Source: Anaeramoeba ignava BMAN
Lineage: Eukaryota > Protista > Anaeramoebae
DNA length: 64,000 nucleotides
Direction: 5' to 3'
NCBI GenBank assembly: GCA_028826165.1
Contig: JAPDFW010000081.1
Location: forward strand, 992,001 to 1,056,000
Positions 1-13,964 of the stretch are shown piece by piece (positions within the stretch are counted from its first letter, which is position 1; every line of letters starts with the position of its first letter). The notes under the pieces were generated by a model. It was not told the DNA's origin, searched no databases, and saw only the letters and a list, made by a program, of their open reading frames with translations. A program made the position numbers and the translations under genes.

Positions 1-626
1 AATTAAATATTGAATTAAATTAAATTGAATATTAAATATTGAATATTGAATATTGAATATTAAATTGAATTGAATTAAATATTGAATATTGAATATTAAA
101 TATTAAATTGAATTAAATTGAATTGAATTGAATATTGATTGAATTAAATTAAAATAAATTTTAATTTAAAAATTGAATTAAATTGAATTAAATTAAATAT
201 TATATTGAATTAAATATTGAATTGAAAATTAAATATTAAATTAAATATTAAATTGAATTAAATTAAATTGAATTAAATATTAAATATTGAATATTGAATA
301 TTGAATATTGAAATTGAATTAAATATTAAAAATTAAAAATTAAATATTAAATATTGAATATTGAATATTGAATATTGAATATTAAATATTGAATATTAAA
401 TTAAATATTAAATATTAAATTAAATATTAAATTAAATATTAAATTAAATATTAAATTAAATATTAAATTAAATATTAAATTAAATATTAAATATTAAAAA
501 TTAAATATTAAATATCAAATATTGAATTGAATTGAATTGAATATTGAATATTGAATTGAATTGAATATTGAATATTGAATATTGAATATTGAATATTGAA
601 TATTAAATATTAAATGGAAAGATTAC
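1..626. repeat. Intronic AT-rich degenerate tandem repeat (TATTGAA/TATTAAA/ATTAA units)
   Basis: Follows the minus-strand GTAATC donor at 626; almost entirely A/T. Confidence 0.8.
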
Positions 627-1239
627 CTTCTTTTGATTAACAAAATAATACATTCCATCATTTTTTAATTTAAAAATTCTGGTTCTCCATCTTTGAAGTC
701 GACCACTGATAAAAAAAGAAAAAATAAATTTCTTTTCTTTTTTGAAAACGATAATTTCAAATAAATTTTAAATGAATTTTCTACCTCTTTTTATTTAGTA
801 TTCCTTCTTTCAAAGGTTGTAATGAATTTTTTCTTTTTACAATAACTTCTTTAGCTTTTTTATTTTCATCAATAATTTTAACAACTTGTGATTCTGTATA
901 ATGAACAGGAATTCTTTCAATTTGTGAATATTTTTGATTTGATTTTTGATTTGATTTTTGATTTGATTTTTCTTTTGATTTTTCTTTTGATTTTTCATTT
1001 TCAGAAATAGATTCAACTTCAAAATCTAAATCTTCAAATGATTCAGAATTCCATTCCTTTATATCTTCTTTTTCTTCTTTATTTTCTTTTAAATTGTTAT
1101 TTGTTTTTTCTTCTATATTTTCTTTTAAATTGCTATTTGTTGTTTCTTCTATATTTTCTTTTAAATTGCTATTTGTTTTTTCTATATTTTCTTTTAAATT
1201 GCTATTTTTTTCTTCTATATTTTCTGTTGGAGAACTCAT
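627..1239 (-). CDS. PH-domain protein, 5' part (continues past the window start)
   Basis: Exon 1 (1239-785) spliced to exon 2 (705-627) by a GT-AG intron gives LKEGILNKKSGRLQRWRTRIFKLKNDGMYYFVNQKE, matching the PH beta1-beta3 pattern (KEGxLxK...W+xRxFxL...YY). The N-terminus carries short ENIEEKxSNLK repeats. Confidence 0.7.
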
Positions 1240-1640
1240 TTAAAAAAGAAATGAAAAAAAAAATGAATTTTTTAAATTCAAAATAATTTTGTTTTGTTTT
1301 ATTTTATTTTCTTTGGTTGTATGAATTAAAAAGATCAAAATAAAAAATAAAAAGGGGAAATTTAATAAAAAATTTTTTTCAAATATTTTTTTTTTAATTT
1401 GTTTGAATTTGAAAAAAAGGGAAAGAAAAAAGAAAAAAGAAAAAAGAAAAAAGAAAAAAGTGGAATAAGAATTTTCATCAAAAAAAAAAATGGAAATGAA
1501 TTCAAAGATAAAAAAAAACCAAGATTTGATTTGTTCTTTTTTTTTTAATGAAAGATTCATTCTAATAAATAAATAAGAATAAATTAATTAATAAATTAAT
1601 AAATAAATAAATAAATTTATCAAACAATAAAATCAAACCA

Positions 1641-3493
<1,853 letters not shown>

Positions 3494-3611
3494 TTTTGAA
3501 AAAAAAAATAAGAAAAAAAAAGTGTGAAAAAAAAAATGAAAAAAAATGAAAAAAAAAACTTTTTTTAATTTTAATTTTAATTTTAAATTTTTGAGTTTAT
3601 TTATTTTGAAA

Positions 3612-6600
3612 TTAATTGTAAAAAAAATTTTGAGAATCAAAAGAATAATTCATATTCTTATTTTCATTTTTTAATTCATTTTTTAATTCATTTTTTAATT
3701 CATTTTTTAATTCATTTTGATTTGGATTTTGATTTGGATTGATAGAATTACGAAGTGAATTAATAAAATTAAATTGATCTTCAAAAATTTGATCAATTTG
3801 ATTTTTTTCATTATTTTCTTCTTTTCTATTGAATATTTTTTTTCCATTTTGATTTTCTAAAGCTTTTTTCATTTTTTCAATTGCTCCAAATTCTTGATTA
3901 AATTGATTCCATTCTTCTTGAATTAATTGTTTATCTTTTTGGAAATTTTGTTTTTGGGAAAGAAAATTATTCCATTTAGAATTCAAATCAAAATCCATAT
4001 TTAAATTATGAGTGTGATTTAAATTAAAATTATTATTTGAATTTCGAAGGTTTTTTTTTTGGATTAAATTTGGTGAAAATATTTTTCTTTCTTGATTTTG
4101 CAGTTTTAAATTGGAATCAAGATTATGATCGTTATCAATATTTTGCTTTAAAAAATCAAGTTGCTTTTTTTCTCGATCCAAATCAACATCGTATTGATTA
4201 ATTTCTTGACTAATTGAGTTGAGATAATTTTTTTGGGATTCAACTTTTTTTAAAACATTTTTGATTTTGTGTTTCTGGTTTTCAAATGGTTCTTTACAAT
4301 TATTTGGAGAAACATTAAATTGATAAGAATTTTGTTGATTTAAACTGATCTCATTTGGAGCCTCGCTATTTGGATATAAATTCAATCCATTTTGCAAGGG
4401 TTTTTTGGAAGCTATCTGTGCTTCTTTCAGTCTTTTCATCATGTTTGAAAACTGTTCTGCTCGATTTGCTGCAAGTAAATTTAGATCCTCCATTTCTTTT
4501 CTTCTTGATTTAAGATCATTTTGCAGATTTTTAATCTTGAACTCAATTTTCGCCTGCTCTTCAATCATATTTCTTTTCATTTCGTTAAATCGTTTTTGTT
4601 GATTTTGAAGTGATTGTTCCTTTTGATTCATTTCTTCTTTTTTTTCATTTAATTCTCCAAGAAGATTTGAGTACTGATTTTTTTGCGCTTCGTTTTCGAT
4701 AGATTGTTTGCGCACTTTAATCAGGTAAGTTTCTAGATCTTTTTCCATTGTTGATAAATGATTTTCGAAATCAGTTAAAGATTGAATTCTCTTTTCGAGT
4801 TTGAGATGTTTCTCTTTTAATTTATTGAGAAATTGTTCATTTTGGATTTTGGATTTCATCAAATTTTGTTGTTCGCTTTGGTATTGGGATATCATTTGGT
4901 TCAATTTCAGTTCTTTTGCGAATAACTCTTCTCTTTTTTGTTTGTACTCCTTTTTTTCTTTTGCAATATTTGCTTTTTCTTGTTCGAGAATTTGTTGTTT
5001 TTTTTCATTTTCCTCTTTAAGATTCATAACTTGTAATTTTTCATATTCAATTGTTTGTGTTTGTGTTTGTGTTTTATATTGAATCTGCTTGGAAAATTCA
5101 TCAGCATATCGATGAATTTGATTTTCTTTATTACTAAGTTCTTTTTGCAGTTCTTTAAGTTGTTTTTCCATTTGCAAATTTGTTTTGTGATGATTTTCCA
5201 TCACATTTTCTCGATTTTCAAGATCTTTTTGTTTTTGTTCTAATTTTTCTTCCCAAAGTTTGTTTTCTTGTTTCCTTTTCTCAAGTATTTCCATGTTTTC
5301 TTGGAAAGAATCCTTTGAATTGAGAAATTGTGTTTGTTCTTCCTTCATATTTATTCTCTTTTTTTGGATGTCGTTTCGGATTGTTTCAAGATTTTGTTTT
5401 TCTTCTTGAATTTGCTTTAAAATTCCTTCGTTTTCTTGCTTGATTTGCTCTATTGTTTTTAAATGTTGTTCCGAAATGAAAAGTTTTTCTTTTGAATCCT
5501 TTTCTAATTGTTGAATAAATTCATTCCTTTTTTGTAAATTTGTTTTGAATTCTTGCAATTTAGAAACTTGGATTTGACTTTGCTTTTCTTTTGATTCCAA
5601 TTCTCTTTGTTTTTGCGTCATTTCTTCAAATTTTTTGCAAATAATTTGTTCTTTTTGTGAAATTTCTTGTTCTTTTCTCATCAACTCTTGTTGTTTTTGC
5701 TTTTCATAATTAATAATTTCTTCTTTCTTTTTTTGTATTTCGTTTTTCTGTTCTTCGAGCACTTGTTTTTGGTTTTCCAAAATAGAGCTTTGGCTGGAAA
5801 AATATTGTCGATCTTTTTCGACTTGAATTTTTTGTTGTTGGAAATTTTCCATTTCTGAATCGATTTGTTGTCTTTTGTTTTCAATTTGCAGAGATTGTTT
5901 TTGGATTTTTTGATACATCAAATCAAATTGTTTTGTTTTTTGTTCCAAATTTTGTTCTTTTTGATGAATTTGCCAAGCTTTTTGTTTCCATTTTGATTTT
6001 TTTTGATTGATTTTATTTTCACTTTCCAAAATTTCCTTTCTTTTTTCTTCTACATCTAGATTAATTGTTTTGATCTCATTAAGATCATTGAAAATTTGAT
6101 TTTCTTTTTCAGATAATAATTTCTCTTTAGAATGATTATCCTGCAATATTTGGTTCATTTCCGATTGCCTTTCAGAAATTTGGTTTTCTTTTTTTTGTAT
6201 TTCATTATTAATTTCTTCAAGCTCAATTAATTTTTTATTGATTTCTTTGTTTTCTTTTTGTATTTGTTGTTTTTGGAATGAAATTTGGTTTTCTTGTTCT
6301 TTGATTTTTCTTTCTCTTTTGAGAATATCTTCTTGTAAATTTTGATAATTAAAAAAGTCTTTTTTTGTTTGTTCTAGTTTATTATTGATTTCATATTCTT
6401 TTTTATTCAATAGAATTGATTGTTTTGTTAATTGTTTAGTGATTTGTTCAAGTTTTCTTTCTGTTTGAACTATTTTTTGTTCTCTTTCTATAATATTCTT
6501 TTCTTTTTGTAAAATTGTATTTTCTCTTTCGCTTATGCTTTGGTTTAAAATGTTATGAGCATTTTCTAGGGAGAAGATGCCATTTCCAAATTGATTTTCA

Positions 6601-7115
6601 AATTGATTTTCATTTTGAATTTGATTTTGATTTTCAAATTGATTTTTAAATTGATTTTTAAATTCATTTTCAAATTGATTTCCAAATTGATTTTTAAATT
6701 GATTTTTAAATTGATTTTGATTTTTAAATTGATTTTCAAATTGATTTTGATTTTGAATTTGATTTTCATTTTTAAATTCATTTTTAAATTGATTTTTATT
6801 TTGAATTTGATTTTTAAATTCATTTCCAAATTGATTTTCATTTTGATTTTTAAATTGATTTTTAAATTGATTTTCATTTTCAAATTGATTTTGATTTTTA
6901 AATTCATTTTCAAATTGATTTTTAAATTGATTTTTATTTTTAAATTGATTTTCAAATTGATTTTCATTTTTAAATTCATATTCAAATTGATTTTCATTTT
7001 GAATTTGATTTTGATTTTCAAATTGATTTTTAAATTGATTTTCATTTTGATTTTGATTTTTAAATTGATTTTCCTTGTTAAAATTTGAATAAAATTTTAA
7101 ATAATTTTCTTCCAT
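3612..7115 (-). CDS. Long coiled-coil protein (1167 aa) with N-terminal NQF low-complexity repeat; function unknown
   Basis: Uninterrupted 3.5-kb ORF with E/K/Q-rich heptad-like composition; no recognisable catalytic motif. Confidence 0.8.
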   Translation of the reverse strand: MEENYLKFYSNFNKENQFKNQNQNENQFKNQFENQNQIQNENQFEYEFKNENQFENQFKNKNQFKNQFENEFKNQNQFENENQFKNQFKNQNENQFGNEFKNQIQNKNQFKNEFKNENQIQNQNQFENQFKNQNQFKNQFKNQFGNQFENEFKNQFKNQFENQNQIQNENQFENQFGNGIFSLENAHNILNQSISERENTILQKEKNIIEREQKIVQTERKLEQITKQLTKQSILLNKKEYEINNKLEQTKKDFFNYQNLQEDILKRERKIKEQENQISFQKQQIQKENKEINKKLIELEEINNEIQKKENQISERQSEMNQILQDNHSKEKLLSEKENQIFNDLNEIKTINLDVEEKRKEILESENKINQKKSKWKQKAWQIHQKEQNLEQKTKQFDLMYQKIQKQSLQIENKRQQIDSEMENFQQQKIQVEKDRQYFSSQSSILENQKQVLEEQKNEIQKKKEEIINYEKQKQQELMRKEQEISQKEQIICKKFEEMTQKQRELESKEKQSQIQVSKLQEFKTNLQKRNEFIQQLEKDSKEKLFISEQHLKTIEQIKQENEGILKQIQEEKQNLETIRNDIQKKRINMKEEQTQFLNSKDSFQENMEILEKRKQENKLWEEKLEQKQKDLENRENVMENHHKTNLQMEKQLKELQKELSNKENQIHRYADEFSKQIQYKTQTQTQTIEYEKLQVMNLKEENEKKQQILEQEKANIAKEKKEYKQKREELFAKELKLNQMISQYQSEQQNLMKSKIQNEQFLNKLKEKHLKLEKRIQSLTDFENHLSTMEKDLETYLIKVRKQSIENEAQKNQYSNLLGELNEKKEEMNQKEQSLQNQQKRFNEMKRNMIEEQAKIEFKIKNLQNDLKSRRKEMEDLNLLAANRAEQFSNMMKRLKEAQIASKKPLQNGLNLYPNSEAPNEISLNQQNSYQFNVSPNNCKEPFENQKHKIKNVLKKVESQKNYLNSISQEINQYDVDLDREKKQLDFLKQNIDNDHNLDSNLKLQNQERKIFSPNLIQKKNLRNSNNNFNLNHTHNLNMDFDLNSKWNNFLSQKQNFQKDKQLIQEEWNQFNQEFGAIEKMKKALENQNGKKIFNRKEENNEKNQIDQIFEDQFNFINSLRNSINPNQNPNQNELKNELKNELKNELKNENKNMNYSFDSQNFFYN

Positions 7116-7443
7116 TTTTAAAATAATAAAAATAATAAAAATAATAATAAATCCAAATTCTAAAATTGTTTTCTAAAATTATCCAAAATTTTTATCAAAG
7201 AAAAAAGAACAAAAATAAAAAATAAAAAATAAAAAGGAAAGAGAAAATAAAATTGATTGAAAAAAAAAAATAAGGAAATTAAAGTTGAAAAAAAAAAAAG
7301 ATAAAAAGTGACAATTACATAAAAAGAAAAGAAAAAAAAAAAGAAAAGAAAAAATGACATTTACAAATTCTCCTTTTGTTTTTTTAAAAAAAAAAAAAAT
7401 TTTTTTTTCCACTTTTTGAAAAACAAAACAAAACAAAATAAAA

Positions 7444-9922
7444 TCACAAAAAAGAAATCAAATTTGAAGAATCGACAACAGAATGAGCCAAACGGTAATT
7501 AAAAGAAGAATACTTATACAATTCAAAGTAATCAAAAGCGTCTTTTAGATGATAAAAAGTATCATAAGAAACATCTTGAGGAAAATCATCTGAATAAAGA
7601 TATCTAACGAAAGCAGAAATGGATTGAGTAGATCTTCCACAATAATCATTGACTTGTCCAGATTCATCTTTGACAACAGAAAACATATTATAAAATAATT
7701 TGGTTCTTGCCATTAAAATCAACTTGTGAACTTTTATTTTATTTCCTGTTTTTGGTTCAACAATTGAAAAATCTTTTGTTTCTTCATCTAAATAAAGCTC
7801 TTTTAAATCCTTTAAAATTCCTTTACTTCCTTTTTTTTCTTCGAAATTGATCTCCATTTTTTCGCAAAATTCTTCGATTTTTTCTTGATTTTCTGGTACA
7901 TATCCTGAATAAATGAATTCAAGTATTTCTTCGACTTCTTCTTTTGTTTTTTGTGCAAATATTCCATTCATTTTCCCAATTTTTTCTTTTCCAATCCGTA
8001 TTTTCAAAAGTAAATAATGAACTGAAATTTTTCCATCTTTGCAATTAATTGTAAAATCAGTTAGTTCTCTTTTTTTGCAAAATTTCCTCATTTCACGGAT
8101 AATTGGTTGAAATTCCCTCAAAGTTTTGCGTACTTCTTTATTCTTTGCTAAATCAATAGGTGTGCATTTCTTTATTTTGATTTTGAAATCAAATTAAATT
8201 AAATTAAATTAAATCAAATTAAATCAAATCAAATCAAATCAAATCAAATTAAATCAAATCAAATTAAATCAAATCAAATCAAATCAAATCAAATTAAATT
8301 AAATTAAATCAAATTAAATGATTAATTACTTTCTAATTTACATTCAATAAATTCATTTTCTTAATCATTTTATCATTTATTTTTATTTACATTCTTTTAG
8401 AAATTGAAAAATATTATATTTTTCTAAATAAATATTCATATTCCAAAATTATTAATCATTTATACATTAATTGCAAATACATCTGCTCCTGCAGCTATTA
8501 ATATTTTAATTATACTTTTTTCATAATTATTTTCACAAGCATCATGAAGTGGTGTTTGATTCTAGAAAAGAAAAAATAAATAAAACATTTATATGTATTT
8601 TGTATTATTGTTTTATTAAAAAGGGAATCATAATTATATCAATATTTATAATTACAAACTATCAAAAGAAATTTTTTTGTTATTTTTAATTAAAATTAAA
8701 TGATAATATAATATTTACTTTCTAAATGATTTTTTTATTAGAAAAAGAAAAACCCATGATTTAAAAATTTTTTTGAAATTAAATTTACATCTTTATTGTT
8801 TACAAAACTTCCTGCTTCTAATAATAACTTAATTAATTTTGGATCAGCTTTACTTTTTATTGCAATTTGCAAAGGATTCCATTTCTTAATTTTAAAAAGA
8901 AAAAAATTTTTTTTTTTTCAAGATTTAAAAATTTCCTCTATTTTCCAAAAAATTTTTAATTTGGAAAGTTTTTTTTTTACATACTAAAAAAAAGGAATTG
9001 ATTTAATTTTTTAATTTTAAAATGAATAAATAAATAAATTTACTTCCTAACCAAAAAGAATTGTGAGAAAACAGAATAAAATTTAATAATTTTTTTTTTG
9101 ATTTTTTTGATTTTTTTGATTTTTTTGATATAAACATTTTTTGAATTGATATTAGCACCAGAAACTAATAAAAATCTTATCACTTCAATAGGAGCCTTTT
9201 TAAAACAAGCATAATGAAGAGGAGAATAATTCTTAACAATTTATAAAAAGATTCAAAAATTAAAATGAATGAAACTATTTTATAAAAGTTGTCAAAAATA
9301 ATACATACTATAAATGATAAATTTAAACAAGAAATTAAATTATTTAAATTTAAAAAAGAAATTTCCAATTTAATTTACTTTCTAAAATGTGTTTTAAAAA
9401 ATTTAATCAAAAAATAATCAGTTTTTCTTTTTCTTTTTTTTATTTTTGGATTGTAAATTTAATCATATTTTAATCATACAGTTTTTGCATTAACATTAGC
9501 ACCAGCAGAAATTAATAATTTAATAATATCTTCATTGGGATTATTTTCACATGCAAAATGAAGTGCTGTTTGTTTCTATAATTAATAATTTAAATATTTT
9601 TTTTTTCATTTTAAAATTAAAATAAAATTAAATTAAATTTTTACATATTCCTATTAAGAAAAGAAAATTGAATTAAATTTAATTTAGGTTTATTTTAAAA
9701 AAAAAATTTAATAAAAAATAAGTTTACTCCCTTAAAAAAAAGCATTCAAAAAACGTTTCATCAGGAATTATTTTTAAATGAAAAATGTCAAAAATAAAAC
9801 AAGAAAAAGAAAAAATTTTTTTTAATTTTTACAAAAGGTTTATCAATATTAGAAATTTGTTTTAAAAGTTTTTTTAATTTATAAATCTTATTTTGAGCAA
9901 TACAATCAAAAATAGTTGACAT
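7444..9922 (-). CDS. Ankyrin-repeat plus tandem BTB/POZ protein; 16 exons, 10 of them micro-exons
   Basis: Exons: 9922-9833, [9730-9728], [9650-9645], 9575-9480, [9381-9379], [9307-9305], 9231-9136, [9046-9044], [8983-8981], 8884-8789, [8721-8719], [8658-8656], 8561-8466, [8393-8391], [8332-8330], 8169-7444. Ankyrin motifs: TALHFAC, SPLHYAC, NPLQIAI, TPLHDAC, TPIDLA. BTB motifs: TDFTI..VHYLLL and KDFSI..IKVHKLILMART. Confidence 0.88.
8330..9730 (-). other. Array of ten phase-0 micro-exons (GGA; GAATAT; AAA,TAT; GAA,TAT; AAA,TTT; AAT,AAA)
   Basis: Each reads (T/A)AG|NNN|GTA on the minus strand, two per inter-repeat gap. Paired micro-exons are separated by 58-77 nt introns. Confidence 0.85.
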
Positions 9923-10081
9923 AATGAAATTTTACAACAAAAGAAAAAAGAAAAAAGAAAAAATGATTTTTTTATTTTTTTTTTTCTTTTTAAATTTTTT
10001 TTTTATTATTTAAAAATAGAGAACGAAAAAAATCAAAAAAGTGGAAAAAAATTTTATTTCCTTTTCTTTCTTTAACAGGAT

Positions 10082-13000
10082 TCATTTTATTAAAGCTTTT
10101 TGAATGACACTTTTCTCAAAATTAGAAATAATAGGATCATTTAAGAAATCAATAAAATTTGGATCATTTTGAGAAAAAATAATGAGTGATTTTTTTGCTC
10201 CTTCTCTAGATTTTGGGTTTCCTTGTTGAAGAAGAAAAACAATTGATTGAAACAGTTTTTGGTTTTCTTTAAAAGAAAGTAAAATAATTGGATTTTTTTC
10301 AAGAATTTTTGCAATTAAGATTGAAACAAAACCTCTTGATTGAGGATTTTTATGATATGATTGAAATAACAAAGAAGAAAGAACTTTTTCTTGAGATAAT
10401 TTTTTAGTCAGTAAATCAAGTGCATCAAATGATTGTTTGGCTATAAACCGATTACTATCAGCTGTTCTTGTTACTAAAATTGGCATTATAACTTCAATTG
10501 TAGAATCCATTTCTGTTTTCATATTCATTATTAATTCAGAAATACACTTGATTCCTGCTCTTGATACTTTAGATCTTAAACTTTCACAATGTTGCATAAC
10601 TAAAATGATAATTTTGCTTAATTGCTCCAAAAGAGGTTTATGATTTTTGAAATGAGATAATTCAACTAACCTTTCCAAACCTAAATATTTATTATTTAAT
10701 ATTTGATATTTAATATTATTTAATAAAAAATACCTTCAATTTGTTTACTCCAACTTTCACTTTTTAAATCTTTGAAAATCTCTTTTATTTCTTGATCCAT
10801 AAATTTATTATCATAAAATTCATCATCTTCATCTTTTTCTTTCTTTTTCTCTAATGATTTTGTTCTTTTTTGATCATGTTTTTCTTTCCAACTTCTTTGA
10901 TTTTTGATCTCCTTTTTTTGTGAAATTTTTTCTTTATTGTTTTCTTGTGAATTTGTTTTTTGAATTGAGAGATCTATTTCAAATTGGTTTAAACTTGTGG
11001 AAATTTTTGTGTTTTGAATAGATTGTTCTTCTTGATTTGAAATACTTTGGATTTCAGAATTTTCATCATTTGGAAGAGAAAAGAAAAAAGAATTATCTTG
11101 GATTTGTTTCAAAGTTTGTTGTGGTTTTTGAAGAAGGGATTTTTTAGAATTTTGATTTGATTTTATTTCTTGGATAAAATTTTCATTTTTTGAAGTTAAT
11201 TTTGGATCATAATTTTCATTTTGAAAAGTGGAATTAGGAAATAATCGATTAACAAAAGTATTTGTCTCTTCTTTTTTTTTGATTTTGAATCTTTTGAGTT
11301 TTAAGTTGACTTTTTCTGTATTTTTTGGTAAAGTTTGAAAAGGTGTGCTTTGTTGAATTTGTTCATTTTTTTTCAAATTATTTTGATTTGTTTGATCAAA
11401 AAGCAAATTAAATTTTTTTATTGGATTAAAATTGAAGTTTGGAATTTGGAGTGATCTGCTTCTATTAACAGAAGAATTTTGATTTTCATTTTGATTTTCA
11501 AATTGATTTTGATTTTCAATTTGATTTTGATTTTGATTTTCATTTTGATTTTCAAATTGATTTTGATTTTCAATTTGATTTTGATTTTGAATTTGATTTT
11601 GATTTTGATTTTGATTTTGATTTTCAATTTGATTTTGATTTTGATTTTCATTTTGATTTTGATTTTGATTTTGATTTTGATTTTGATTTTGATTTTGATT
11701 TTCAATTTGATTTTGATTTTGATTTTGATTTTGATTTTGATTTTGATTTTGATTTTGATTTTGATTTTGATTTTGATTTTGATTTTGATTTTGATTTTGA
11801 TTTTGATTTTGATTTTTGATTTTGATTTTGATTTTGATTTTGATTTTTGATTTTGATTTTGATTTTGATTTTGATTTTGATTTTGATTTTGATTTTGATT
11901 TTGATTTTGATTTTGATTTTGATTTTGATTTTGATTTTTGATTTTGATTTTTTGATTTTGATTTTGATTTTGATTTTGATTTTGATTTTTGATTTTGATT
12001 TTGATTTTGATTTTGATTTTGATTTTTGATTTTCATTTTGATTTTGATTTTGATTTTTGATTTGATTTTGATTTTGATTTTGATTTTGATTTTGATTTTG
12101 ATTTTGATTTTGATTTTGATTTTGATTTTGATTTTTATTTTGATTTTGATTTTGATTTTGATTTTGATTTTGATTTTGATTTTGATTTTGATTTTGATTT
12201 TGATTTTGATTTTGATTTTGATTTTGATTTTGATTTTGATTTTGATTTTGATTTTGATTTTGATTTTGATTTTGATTTTGATTTTGATTTTGAGATTTTG
12301 AATTTTGATTTTGATTTTGATTTTTATTTTGATTTTGATTTTGATTTTGATTTTGATTTTGATTTTGATTTTGATTTTGATTTTGATTTTGATTTTGATT
12401 TTGATTTTGATTTTGATTTTGATTTTGATTTTGATTTTGATTTTTGATTTTGATTTTGATTTTTGATTTTGATTTTGATTTGATTTTGATTTTGATTTTG
12501 ATTTTGATTTTGATTTTGATTTTGATTTTGATTTTGATTTTGATTTTGATTTTGATTTTTGATTTTGATTTTGATTTTGATTTTGATTTTGATTTTGATT
12601 TTGATTTTGATTTTGATTTTGATTTTGATTTTGATTTTGATTTTGATTTTGATTTTGATTTTGAATTTGATTTTGATTTTCAATTTGATTTTGATTTTGA
12701 TTTTGATTTTGATTTTGAATTTGATTTAGATTTTTTGAAGGATTAAGAATATTGTGAAGGTCTGAAATATTGATATTTTGATCCACTCTTTCATTGAAAC
12801 TGAAACATTTCTTTCTTGATTGAGTAAGAAAAAATTTAAAATCAAAATTTGGTTTATTGAAAGTAGAAATAATTGATTTAATTTGATTCACTTTTTGAGA
12901 AGAAAGAAACAAGGAATCTATTGATTGATTAAATTCTTGAGATCCAATTTTGGCTTTAATAATGTTCAATAACTTCAAACAATGATTCATTTTATTCAAA

Positions 13001-13616
13001 ATTTCCCTGTTTTGATCTTCATCATTTAGTTGTAATTGATAACAAAAAGAATTTGGATCTGAAACTCCATTTTCAATATCAAACCAGATCAAGATTGGTT
13101 GAACCAAAAAAAAGATCAAGTTGGAAAATTGAACATTTTTAGAAGAAATTCTTTCATCTTTGAGAATAAAAGTGAAAATTCCAACAACAACTTCATGATA
13201 TTCTTGGAAACTTGAAATGATGGAAAAAACAAGATTTGGAGAAGTATTAATTGCCAATTTGTGAATTAATGAAAAGAGTTTGATTTTAATTGTTATTGAT
13301 TGAGTTTTTTTTGCCTTTTCATAAAGTGAACTCAATAAATTTAAAAGTTGTTTAGATACTTTTGAACCTAATTTTGTAATTAAGAAATCAAATGAATCCA
13401 AAATGATCAAACTGACATGAAAATTGTTTTCATTTAACAAGATATTAAGATTTTCTATTACGAATTGAATATTGTTATTGAGAATATCTACTTTGTCAAT
13501 ATTAAAGATTTTTTGGAATATTCTTTAGCAGCATTTGATTTTAAATGAAAGTCTTGAGAAAAAATATTTTGTGGAATTTGGAAATTGTTTTTTTGATTAA
13601 TTAAATTTGAGATCAT
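10082..13616 (-). CDS. TOG/HEAT-repeat microtubule-associated protein (CLASP/TOGARAM-like) with a central NQ tract
   Basis: C-terminal TOG: SESWSKQIEG|LERL (intron 10733-10681), SLRSKVSRAG, DSNRFIAKQ, NPQSR. N-terminal HEAT-like helices. The start at 13616 needs one frameshift near 13530. Confidence 0.7.
11479..12725. repeat. Coding (AATCAA)n hexamer array (poly-NQ) in the TOG gene
   Basis: About 1.2 kb of GATTTT repeats on +; single-base slips switch the reading between NQ, SK and IK. Confidence 0.9.
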
Positions 13617-13964
13617 TTATTTTTAATAATAAAAAAAAGATCAAAAAAAAAGAAAAAGAAAAATGAAAAAAATTTTTTTTTGGATTGTTTTTTTTTTGTT
13701 TTTTTTTGACATTTACAATAAGAGAAAGAGAAAAAGAAAAGAAAAGAAAAACAAAACAAAAGAAAAGAAAAGAAAACTTTTTTGGATTAACTTTTTTTAA
13801 TGATTGTGTTGAAATTTCTTTTACTTTTTTGATTTTCATTAATGAAAAGAAAAACGAAAAAAAGTGGAAAATTGGAGAAAAAGAAAAAAAGAAGAAAGAA
13901 AAAAAGAAGAAAAGAAGAAAAGAAAAGAAAAGAAAAGAAATGAGAAAAAAAAGAGAAGAATTAA

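Noticed and set aside
11800-12560. Poly-SK and poly-IK segments in the TOG ORF as real protein or programmed frameshifting
   Set aside because: Single-base slips inside a long hexamer array are more simply explained as long-read consensus errors.
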